Below are positions 11,456 through 22,406 of a DNA stretch of 64,000 bases, one piece after another (within the stretch, counting starts at the first letter, position 1; each line of letters begins with the position of its first letter). Under the pieces are notes generated by a model. That model ran no database searches, was not told where the DNA came from, and was given only the letters and a program-made list of their open reading frames with translations. The DNA is taken from contig NC_043021.1 of the NCBI RefSeq assembly GCF_006345805.1, forward strand, positions 16,988,001 through 17,052,000, read 5' to 3'. This stretch comes from Octopus sinensis (Eukaryota). A program made the position numbers and the translations under genes.

Positions 11456-11998
11456 ATGAATAGCTATAGGGTGTTATGTTCTCTGAAAGAAATATATAAC
11501 TCAATTCTGATAAAGAAATCAATAAATCCTGAATGAGAATGGAGCTAGGAGTAATGGTAATTTAGCGATGATTTTATGTTCCCCACAACTCTAAAACGCC
11601 TTATTAATTAGAATTCCTTCGGTCACCAGGGCAGATGTCCCTCCAGCACAAGGAACCCATCTTCCATAAAGCATCGTTTTGGTGTAGGTCTTTGCTTCAC
11701 GAGTTTGCATCACTCCTCACCGCTAGTCTTGCGAATTGGCATGGGTGATTTCTAGGCACCGAGGAGGTCCACCATTCTTCTAGTTGCATCAATCCACTGC
11801 TCCACATTGGCACTTTATGATCGACTCCCGAAAAGATGACAAGCGAAGTCGACTTTGATGAGATTTTAGCTCATAACATAGAGGGAGAGAACAAATACTG
11901 CGAGGTAACCAGATGCTCAAACGACTCGGCCAATTTCACACACGCACACACACAGAAAGAGAAAGACGCGGCAACACACGTTTACTGGTACTACTTAA

Positions 11999-12170
11999 GA
12001 AGAGTGGTCCCGGTGCGCGCAGTCGCGCATCCGCGCTAGCTAGTTGATCCTACAGCGATTACCTAGCAAAGTAAATAAATATTTTTTTTAAACAAAGTAA
12101 ATAAAACACAAAGTAAAGATCGACTAGTCACGACTAGCTAGCGCGGATGCGCGCACCGAGACCACTCTTC
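11999..12170. mobile_element. Kolobok-like MITE
   Basis: TTAA on both sides (11995-11998, 12171-12174); termini GA...TC (RR...YY); TIR GAAGAGTGGTC(C/T)CGGTGCGCGCA extending to TCCGCGCTAGCTAGT. Confidence 0.7.
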
Positions 12171-12599
12171 TTAAATAGTTCCCGTTTACTTATTCGCTCA
12201 GCCACTTGGAGATTCTCCCTTGATTCTCCCTTGAATGACAGTAATCTTTTCTACTATATGCAGGGGAGGGGGGTTAGTCTGTTACATCGACCCCCAGTAC
12301 TCAACTGGTACATATTTTATCGACCCCGAAAGGAAGAAAGGCAAAGCCAACCTCGACGCGGAATTTGAACTCAGACCCGGCACGCTAACGATACTGCCAG
12401 CTCGCCGACTTAAAAAGAAAGAAAGAAAATTCTCGTTCATAACTAGAAATTCTAAGTAACGATTGGGTAAGTTATCTGTTTCGAATGAGCACACACACGC
12501 ACGCACACTCATTAAATAATAAAGTATATATTTATAAACAATCATTATTTAAAAACAAAAATACGACAATATGCCTATGTAAACATCAGATTAACTCCT

Positions 12600-12970
12600 C
12601 CTTATTACCCTTGCTTAAACCGGAGAAGAAAATTGCATCCCTCACATGTGATAACAGTAACTAGATCACAACACCAAATACCGTAGAGGTCAGCTTCTAC
12701 TTTTCAGTAAAACCCAAATTACACAATCTCTAGAATCGATTAAATCGATCCTGTTTAATACTAGCGAAGTAAATGCCAATACAATTCATTTTTCATCGAT
12801 CCACCCGGCTTAATTTTCCGAATTCATCGCCCAATGTCAAAAACGAAGTCCTCTCACAGGCTCCGGTGCCTTTAATTATACGGAGAACATTTTATTGTCC
12901 GACACCGGTTGGCGGTGTCCTATGAATTTCCCAATATTCCGTTCAATGCGTTTATCTTTTCACGGTAAGA
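12600..12970. promoter_or_regulatory. Putative bidirectional promoter / first non-coding exons of TADA2A and DHX36
   Basis: Both first coding exons start at a splice acceptor, so upstream exons must exist. This is the only repeat-poor, CpG-containing stretch between them. Strong plus-strand donor ACG|GTAAGA at 12964/12965 and possible minus donor AGG|GTAATA at 12609/12608. Confidence 0.4.
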
Positions 12971-15900
12971 ATTGGTTTTTCCGTTTCTCTTGGATTCTTT
13001 CTGGGAATTATCTGAAATCATTTCTCTTTATGTGGATGGCAATTTTAATTTTAATTCGTTATTTACATCACAATCTTTATCTCGAATATTTTTTTTTATA
13101 TTAATAATTTTATTTTTCGCCGAAAAGAGAAATTTTCTTGTCCACAATAAACGATCATATTTTGGCATTTAAATGACGGTTCGTTTTCGTATCCACCTCC
13201 AAATGTTTATACATCGGGGCTAAACAAAACAGTTACGTTAAATATTTTTTTTTTCCTCCTCTTCTGCCAAGCCAAAATAATAATAAAAATAATGATTAAA
13301 AATTTTAACTAAACTGCCGGGTTTTGTCATGAAATTTTATTTTCGTCTTTTCAACGACTAAAAGATTATAAAGAGATTGGGCAATGTTTATGCCGTTTTT
13401 GCTTATTTTCCCCTATTTTATTCAATCAGCAGAATTAGACGCAAAACCGAAAGTAAAAAGACTTGAATTTGGGATCAAACTGCAACTATGTGCTTTTGTT
13501 GTTGTTTTAAGTGCACGCAGACTCTGATTGGGCATCCGTATAAAAAAAGCATGTCAATCGTGACCATCTCGTCTTATATTTTTATTCAGGTTTTGTGTAT
13601 CTAGTCCTACACTATTTCGTGTATTCCTTCTTGCAGACGTGGCTTCGTGATCCAGAAATTGGTTTCGCCACTGCGTCCCTGCGTGTGGCACTTTGTTTAA
13701 ATGTCTTCTGCCACAGTTTTGTGTCGACTTGGAGGCTTTTGGAGTGAAGTTTTGGTGAATGGATCTTTATAATCGGTGGCACTGTTCTTAGGTGGGAATC
13801 TGAATAAATCTCACCGTTTAACACCTGGTCCGTGGGTACCTTTGTTGCCAGAATTCATGCCAAGTCTCTGGCCTGAGAATAACTTCTATTCTTTCTTCCT
13901 ACCAGTCTCAAAGGCACCAATAATGGTCATGGGTGTTGCCAAGCCAACAAAAAACACAGTGTCAAATTTCCACAAAGAATCTTTACAGTAGATTTATCTC
14001 TAAAAACTCTCAATTCCTTGTGTGACACCTTGGGCCAGTGTCTTCTACTATAGCCTCAGACCTTGTGGGTGGGTTTGGTCATGTTTAATTTATATATATA
14101 TATATATAGAGAGAGAGAGCAATAAGAAAATGGAGGGGATCAAGAGATGGTGTTCATCAACTTTTAGACATTATATTATGTCAATTTATTTATTTACTAA
14201 AATGACAATTATAACAATATACATACATGTATAACATATCATGCTTTACATATATAATATATATAAAAATATCAGTAATTATTAAACATATAGCAATATA
14301 TATATATATTAAAGAAAAAAAGAAAACAAAACCAAGGTAGGACAGGCTTATCAGATCTTCTTGATCTGATGGTCCTTATAAGCCTGTCCTGCCTTGATTT
14401 TTCCTTTTCTTTTAATTCGTACTCACTTGGAAGCCTGCTTATGGACCCTTAGCTTCAGCCTCCATCGTGAACCTGGATCTGAACAGATGACCAATTACAG
14501 CACTTATGTAGCGTACATATTGGTTTAGATCATCAGTGACCTAAACCCTTCCTACTCCATATATATATATATATATATCATCATCATTTAGCGTCCGCTT
14601 TCCATGCTAGCATGGGTTGGACGGTTCAACTGGGGTCTGTGAAGCCAGAAGGCTGCACCAGGCCCAGTCTGATCTGGCAGTGTTTCTACGGCTGGATGCC
14701 CTTCCTAACACCAACCACTCCATGAGTGTAGTGGGTGCTTTTTACTACACTCACGGAGTGGTTGGCGTTATATATATGTGTGTGTGTGTAGGTGGGGGTG
14801 CTTTTGTGTCTCTTTTTGTCCCCTACCACTGCTTGACAACTGGCGTTGGTGTGTTTACATCCCCATAAAGAATTTCGTCAAAAGGACCGATAGAATAAAA
14901 GGCTTCAAAAAAAGTAAGTACTGGGGGTCGATCCATTCAACTAAAAATTCCAGGTGGTGCCCCAGCATGGCCATGACTGAAACAAATAAAAACAGTAAAA
15001 GTGAACTAACATTCTATGAAGAAATTAAAACACAGATTCATAGAATCTCTTCAAGACTAATTATTTCCATTGTTAATGAAGTGTCTCCATTCATAAAATG
15101 CTTAATTAATAAGCTACAGATTGCATCGTGCTAATGATTTTTTAAAATGAATGAAATAGGGCCATGCATGATTACAACCAACTAGAAACAGTCAAAACTT
15201 TGTGATAAGTAAACAATATACCCATCATGACTACCCGTCTGATAAGGGTACACCAGACACATGCATCACAACTGTATGCGCACAACATGGTGATTTCATA
15301 TCAAGATAAACAGTGCATGACCTTGCAGGAAGGGCTCAGTTAGAATATTCATCAGGTTGAGTAGCCCACCTCACTCAAAAGGTCCCTGAATAAGGGTTGT
15401 TGAAGGATGATAAACGAAACACCTATGTTTCCAGAGGTGAATTCTTCAAACTCCAAAGAATTCCTCTCAACACATGGCTATGATGCTCCCCCATTACTTT
15501 TGCTTTTGATCAGAGATGCACATATCGTCAACCACCATGAGACATGCACAACTGGTTAAGTACAAACAACTGACAAGCAAATCTGAGGTATTGAGCAGAA
15601 TATTTGCTGTAGCCCATCTTTTATACCAAGACAAAACAATGTACATAACACTTCCAACCAGTTAAGATCAAAAGCCATGAGAACCAATGCCTGGTACTAC
15701 AATAATAATAATTATTATTATTATTATTATTAAGTTGGCATACTAGCAGAACCGTTAGCATGCTGGGCGAAATACTTAGCAGTATTTTGTCTGCCATTAC
15801 GTTCTGAGTTCAAATTGCGCTGAGATCGACTTTGCCTTTTGTCCTTTCAGGGTCAATTAAATATGTACCAGTAAGGTACTGGGGTTCATGTGATCAACTT

Positions 15901-16338
15901 ACCCCCCCCCGCAAATTTCAGGCCTTGTGCCTTTAGTAGAAAGGATTATTATTATTGTGACGTATATTTGCCATTGAAATATGGCTAACCCCTAAGGGTG
16001 GATGCTACTGTAGTTTGTAGCCCCAGGAGGCCACCACCTCCAGCTAGCTATAGACACACTTTCTGCAAACTACAGTAGCATCCACCCTTAGGGGTTAGCC
16101 ATATTTCAATGGCAAATATACGTCACGATGTGTTGTAGCTACTGTTTATAACTCGCTCCGAGATTTATTATTATTATTATTGTTATTATCATAATATAAT
16201 TCCTTAATTTAAATTTCAAATTTCTAATCGTATTATTTCATATTGTGACGAAATGAATCTCTCTTTTGCAATGACTGTGATCTCTTGGAGAACCGCATGG
16301 GTGTATTGTATTTTCTGTTGTTTATTCCAGCATTGAGA

Positions 16339-16459
16339 ATGTCATATCGGGAAAGAGGTCGCCGATCCTTTGATCAGGGCTATGGTGGAGGAAGACACGG
16401 TGGAGGTGGCCACGGAAGAGGCGGTCGAAAGTACCAGGACTATGACAGTGCTGACAATG
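16339..16459 (+). CDS. DHX36: DHX36 coding exon 1 (exon starts 16331; Gly/Arg-rich N-terminus)
   Basis: tttattccAG acceptor, ATG at 16339, GTATGT donor, phase 1. MSYRERGRRSFDQGYGGGRHGGGGHGRGGRKYQDYDSADN; human DHX36 also starts MSY followed by a Gly-rich tract. Confidence 0.8.
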
Positions 16460-16498
16460 GTATGTTACTGTTACTCAAAGACGAATATGTGTGAGAGA

Positions 16499-16884
16499 GG
16501 CGCAATGGCCCAGTGGTTAGGGCAGCGGACTCGCGGTCATAGGATCGCGGTTTCGATTCCCAGACCGGGCGTTGTGAATGTTTATTGAGCGAAAACACCT
16601 AAAAGCTCCACGAGGCTCCGGCAGGGGATGGTGGTGATCCCTGCTGTACTCTTTCACCACAACTTTCTCTCACTCTCACTCTTACTTCCTGTTTCTGTTG
16701 TACCTGTACTTCAAAGGGCCGGCCTTGTCACTCTCTGTGTAACGCTGAATATCCCCGAGAACTACGTTAAGGGTACACGTGTCTGTGGAGTGCTCAGCCA
16801 CTTACACGTTAATTTCACGAGTAGACTGTTCCGTTGATTCGGATCAACCGGAACCCTCGTCGTCGTAACCGACGGAGTGTTTCC
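16499..16884 (+). mobile_element. Full-length tRNA-derived SINE, family D
   Basis: A box TGGCCCAGTGG, B box GGTTTCGATTCCC; 12-bp TSD ATGTGTGAGAGA (16487-16498, 16885-16896). Other copies at about 1-160, 6825-6935, 7290-7545, 10050-10385, 30200-30430, 49670-49960 and 62100-62545. Confidence 0.85.
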
Positions 16885-17123
16885 ATGTGTGAGAGAAGAA
16901 ATTTTTTTAAATGTTGTTTTATTGAAGATTTACTCCACTGAGCAAGGCCAGGGTCCACAACCTTTCCCAGATCTTAGATATCCGGTGGAGTTGTATCGGA
17001 TTAATAATAACTAAATCATTGTTATTAGTGATCAGACTTCAACTGTATCATATTCCCAGCACCTAGGAAAAGGTTTGGGGCACTGGCCCTGCTCTCTGGG
17101 TTTAAAACTGAATGCAGAAAACA

Positions 17124-17347
17124 TTAACCCTTTAGCATTTAAACTGACCATATTTGGTCCAAATATTCTGTTTTATGTTCAGACTGGCCAGATCTGGCCT
17201 CTCACACCTACCCTACAATGTCATTCTAAAATAACCTATCACATCATTAAAATTTCAAAGCTATGAGATAAATACATGGTTAATTCTAAACAATGTGAAT
17301 AAATAATTATTATATCTGACAGAGTAATTTGAATGCTGAAGGGTTGA
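17124..17347. mobile_element. TTAA-flanked piggyBac-like MITE, family P2
   Basis: TTAACCCTTTAGCATT...AATGCTGAAGGGTTGA. Related copies at 44411-44638, about 40820-41048, about 51346-51570, partial at 23545-23643. Confidence 0.7.
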
Positions 17348-18172
17348 AAATTTATATAAAAATAAGCCCCGAGGAGAAGAAAGCAAAAAAAAAAAGAAGA
17401 AAAAAAACAAACAAACAATACTGCTTATCTTTTATTCTTTTGCTTGCTTCAGTCATTCGACTGTGGCCATGCTGGGGCACTGCTTTTAGTCAAACAAATC
17501 CACCCCAGTACTTATTCTTTGTAAACCTGGTACTTTTTCTATCAGTTTCTTTTGCTGAACTGCTAGGTTACGGGTACATTAACACACCAACATTGGTTGT
17601 CAAGTGGTGGTGGGGACAAACACAGACACACAAATACACACGTTTGTATGTGTGTGTGTATATGTATGTATATCTCTTATTATAAAAGGCAGATTTTATC
17701 TGCCTCCCTTTGGGAGTTATACAAATCTACATTATAGGATTTCTTCAATTACAATTTACCTAGCATTTTTAAGAGTACAATGCATCGCGTCATGCCAGGT
17801 CCAGTTTTCAAAATTTAAACTCCAATTAAGCAAAATTTACAGAAAACTCACATTCTGGTGTGTGTGTCAAATGCTTTTCTTAGTCTGGTTTACACCACAC
17901 GCAAACGCACACACACAGTGGGCAACGAATAAAATGAAACTAATTCACTTACTGTAGTGAGTGATTCTTTCACTCTGCCTCCCACTTCCTCTTTCCACAC
18001 ATACACATGCAAATATATAAATAAAATTGTAAGCTAACGTGCGTGTGTGTCAGTGTGTGTGTGTGCGCGTGTGTGTGTGAGGGTGCGTGTGTGTGTGTGT
18101 GTGCGTGTGCGTGAGTGTGTGACAGGAAAGTTTTTTTACGACGAATATAAGACCTATATCCAAGTAGCAGAA

Positions 18173-18436
18173 AGATAAGACAGTAAGGTGTGATTTGAGG
18201 GAGATTTGGCTGCTATTTCTACCATGTCTAGCTGCCATGTAGGGGTCTCCCTCATAGGCTCATACATACATATATACATAGATAAGACAGTAAGGTGTGA
18301 TTTGGGGGAAATTTGGCTGCTATTTCTACCAGGTCTAGCTACCATGTAGAGGTCCCCCTCATTGGCTCATATATATATACATACATAAGACAGTAAGGTG
18401 TGATTTGAGGAGATTTGGCTGCTGTTTCTACCAGGT
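18173..18436. repeat. ~107-bp tandem repeat, about 2.5 copies, derived from an interspersed repeat
   Basis: ATAAGACAGTAAGGTGTGATTTG(A/G)GGAGATTTGGCTGCTATTTCTACC occurs three times; related single copies near 8630, 56300, 60590 and 63775. Confidence 0.8.
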
Positions 18437-18756
18437 CTGTTAGGCCTTCTCATGTAAACTCAAGCTTTCTCATGCCTTGAACATAAGACCAAAGCAGAGA
18501 ATGTATTCTTTTATTCTTCTGCTTTTTCCAGCCATTGGTCTGTGGCCATGCTGGGGCAATGCCTTGAAGAATTGTAGTTTAATGAATCAACTCCAGTTTT
18601 ATTTTTGTAAGCATTGTACTTATTCTATCTGTTTCCTTTGTCAAACCACTAGGTGACAGGGATGTAAACAAACCAACATTCGTTGTCAAGCAGTGGTGGA
18701 GGACAATCACAAGCACAGACACGCACACACACACATACATGCATACACATATACAC

Positions 18757-18791
<35 letters not shown>

Positions 18792-18809
18792 TATGTGTGT
18801 ATATATATA

Positions 18810-19068
18810 TTGCAGCGTGGAAGGTGTTTGTAAGCCATTTAAGAAACACACAAAAACCGTTACATTCACTTCAACATTTAAATTTAATTTGCCAAAATAT
18901 TTTCGTCGCTTTGAGACCGCGACCTGTTCACTGACAAAAATATCGTGCTAACAGGTCGCGGTCTCAAAGCGATGAAAATATTTTGACAAATTAAATTTAA
19001 ATGTTGAAGTGAATCTAACGGTTTTTGTGTGTTTCTTAAATGGCTTATAAACACCTTCAACACTGCAA
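18810..19068. repeat. Fold-back inverted repeat, 119-bp arms, 21-nt loop
   Basis: 18810-18928 is the reverse complement of 18950-19068 with about 6 mismatches. Confidence 0.9.
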
Positions 19069-19234
19069 CTGTTTTCGTTCCAGCACACGATCTCAGATCA
19101 AGTCACTTGCTATGCAAGTACATCTCTGTAACTATATATATATTTATATATATATATATATATATGTATATTGGTAAAAACAGTAAGATAACAAAAGAAA
19201 GAAAGAGACCTCAATATTATGTAAATAGAGGAAA

Positions 19235-19629
19235 TCTTTATATATAAAAGTGAGGTTGTGTGTCTGTCTCCTACGATTTAGATTCCTAACTACTCCCACA
19301 TTTTGCGGTGCAGTTTAACCAAAACTGGGTATCTTATAGTCGTGATTCATATCGAGACCGTCTGGGTATTAGCGCGCGTCTACGATGAGTCTACGATTTA
19401 AAAAAAAATTTACCATCAATTTTTCCCATTTTTAATCCATTTTTGACATATATAAGGGAAGTAACTCTCTAAAATTTATTATTAAATCTCAGAACGTAAA
19501 AACCTACAGTAACACCCCTCCCCCTTTGTGGTTAGCCATATTGAGATGGCTATTATACTTTACATCTCTAAAAATGCTTATATAATTATTTCCCTTACAA
19601 ACCTGAGCAACGCCGGGCGATACTGCTAG
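19235..19629 (+). mobile_element. Non-autonomous Helitron-like element
   Basis: Inserted between A and T; 5' TCTTTATATATAAAAGTGAGGTTGTGTGTCTGTC; 3' subterminal CCTGAGCAACGCCGGG then CTAG; no TSD. Confidence 0.65.
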
Positions 19630-20641
19630 TATATATATACGACAGGCTTCTTTCAGTTTCCGTCTACCAAAACCACTCACAAGGCTTTGGTTGGCCCGAG
19701 GCTATAGTAGAAGACACTTGCCCAAGATGCCATGCAGTGGGACTGAACCCGGAACCATGTGGTTGGGAAGCAAGTTTCTTACCACACGGCCACTCCTGCA
19801 CCTGTTAATTTTATTTTAATTATTTCAACAAGCACGATGGTGCTCCAGCATGACCACAGCTGCATGGCTGAAACGAATAAAAGAATATAAGTATGCGAGA
19901 CCACTGTGAATGTGTTTCGATCTCAGGACCCCAACGGCAAACCTGCTCCCTGCCCCCACCCCAGGCTGTTATTTCTTCTTCAGATCCCAACAATTTCTGA
20001 TCCTCCTCACATGTTCGGTGATTTGTTGTGCTTGAGAAAACTCACCCAGCTAAGTAAAATCCAGTTCGTAAAGGCCATGTCCTTCGTGTCCATGACCCCT
20101 GCCCCCACCCTTCACCCTACCCCACAACTCATCTTTTTGACGCCTCCCCCTGTCCTCTCCACCCATGGTCACCACTACCCATATCCTTTTTCCTTCTGTT
20201 CTCCACCATGTACCTCCAGCACGCAATATGTTCCCGTTGAATCCTTCGCCCACCCACTCACCCTGTCCAGTCCCCTTGTCCACTTCATTATATTCTCCTG
20301 TAACATAGGTGTACAGCCCCTGTCACATCTTCACCTCTCTCCATGCACCCTCTCCTGCCATCTGAGGTAACCATGTTTGTCTGCAAGGCACCGTCGTTGT
20401 ACTTCAAGACTACTCTATCCACCCCCACACACACACTCCACTTGACATGTCTTGCCTTGTAGATTACTTGGTGACCTCACTGGTGCTGGTGCCACATAAA
20501 AAAATCACCCAACACACTCAGTAAAGGAAAGACATCCAGCTGTAGAATCCATGCCAAAACAGACAGCAGAGTTTGGTGTGGTCTTCTGGCATGCCAGTTC
20601 CTGTCGAACCGTCCAACCCATGCCAGCATGGAAAATGGATG

Positions 20642-21108
20642 TTAACCCTTTTGTTACTGTACTTATTTTGAGATGCTCTGTGTTTCTCTCAATTATTTTG
20701 GATATAACAAAGAATTTAGTAAAATAACTTAGTTATCATTAAGCTAGTGTTAGGAACATAAATTGGTGGCAGATTTTAATTCAAAACTTATGAAAACAAG
20801 ACATTTGTACTCAGAGCCAGAGCCAGTTTCAGCCAGGTTGGTATCGAAAGGGTTAAGAATTGTTCCTCTATTATATATTTTAACCCTTTTGTTACCATAT
20901 TTCTGTTGAGATGCTCTGCGTTTCTTTCAATTAATTTTAAATATAACAAAGAATTGATAAAATAACTTAGTTATCATTCAGCTAGTGTTAGGAACATAAA
21001 TTGTGACTAAGGTTTGGTGGAAGATTTTAATTCAAAACTTATGAAAACAAGACATTTGTACTACAGAGCCAGAGCCGGATTCAGCCGGGTTAGTAATGAA
21101 AAGGTTAA
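20642..21108. mobile_element. Second, inverted copy of the dimeric P1 MITE
   Basis: Reverse complement of 3509-3991 including the spacer (GAATTGTTCCTCTATTATATATT). Confidence 0.8.
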
Positions 21109-21842
21109 ATGGTGATGAAGATCACACACACAGGCACACATATCTTTTACCTTTTACTTGTTTCAGTCGTTAGGCTGTGACCATGCTGGGGCACCTCCTA
21201 CAGACACAATTCTTACATCTAATTTTCCATGCTGTCATACTCTTTACTCTTTTATTTGTTTCAGTCATTTGACTGTGGCCATACTGGAGCACCGCCTTTA
21301 GTCGAGCAAAACGACCCCAGGACTTATTCTTTGTAAGCCCAGTACTTATTCTATCGGTCTCTTTTGCCGAACCACTAAGTTACGGGGCATAAACACACCA
21401 GCATCTGTTGTCAAGCGATGTTGGGGGGACAAACACAGACACACAAACATATACACACACACATACATATATATACATATATACGACAGGCTTCTTTCAG
21501 TTTCCATCTACCAAATCCACTCACAAGGCTTTGGTCGGCCTGAGGCTATAGTAGAAGACACTTGCCCAAGGTGCCACGCAGTGGGACTGAACCCGGAACC
21601 ATGTGGTTCGTAAGCAAGCTACTTACCACACAGCCAAAGTTGATCACAACCCAACATCCCTCCATTCATCATTGTTTCCTTTAAGAGGATAATCCTAAGA
21701 TTATCCCCCGTCACTTTTACCCACATCTTCTGTCACCCTCTCTGACAGCCTACTTCTACCTTGCAACGTTTCACACTTTTCTGCCCCCTTCTACAGGTGC
21801 CCCCTCTTTCTTGTACATTTATTTACGCTTTATATATTTCAG

Positions 21843-21932
21843 GAAGAGGTCGTAAAAATTTCGACCGAGACTTTGGTGGGAATCACATGAGAGGCAGTCG
21901 AAGGCTTAACGATCAAGGCAATAATGACAGTG
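21843..21932 (+). CDS. DHX36: DHX36 coding exon 2 (90 nt, symmetric phase 1, paralog of exon 1)
   Basis: atatttcAG acceptor, GTATGT donor. (G)RGRKNFDRDFGGNHMRGSRRLNDQGNNDS. Confidence 0.7.
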
Positions 21933-22370
21933 GTATGTTGTTGTTGTTGTTACGAACTTCACACAGCATGGTGATGATGATGATGGTGTAGGCATGAGAG
22001 AGACCGCACTAAATGCTTAATAGCATCATATATCCTGCTTTGCCTTTCTGCTTCTTATAATAATCCCTATAATAATTTTTCCTCTAATCTGTCTGTCTGT
22101 CACATAACTTTTGCTTTGGTTTGCACCTACTCCACCTCTTTTTCCTTCCTTCCAGAATGTATGTATGAGTGTGTGACCGCGTGTGTATCGTTAACGATTT
22201 TTTTCCCTCCATCTTCCCTTCCTTGGATCTTTCCTTTTCCTATGTTTCTGACGAAGAGCTCTGCTCAAAATGCTAAATCCTCCTTCTTTCTTTCCTTTCC
22301 TGAGCATCCAATAACACTATACTTCTTCCACATCCTCGCGTTGTTGTGTTTTCATGTTTGGATTAACTTT

Positions 22371-22404
<34 letters not shown>

Positions 22405-22406
<2 letters not shown>

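Noticed and set aside
16499-16572. tRNA-like sequence with A and B boxes (also SINE-A heads)
   Set aside because: Runs straight into a SINE body bounded by a TSD; no complete acceptor stem; not a tRNA gene.
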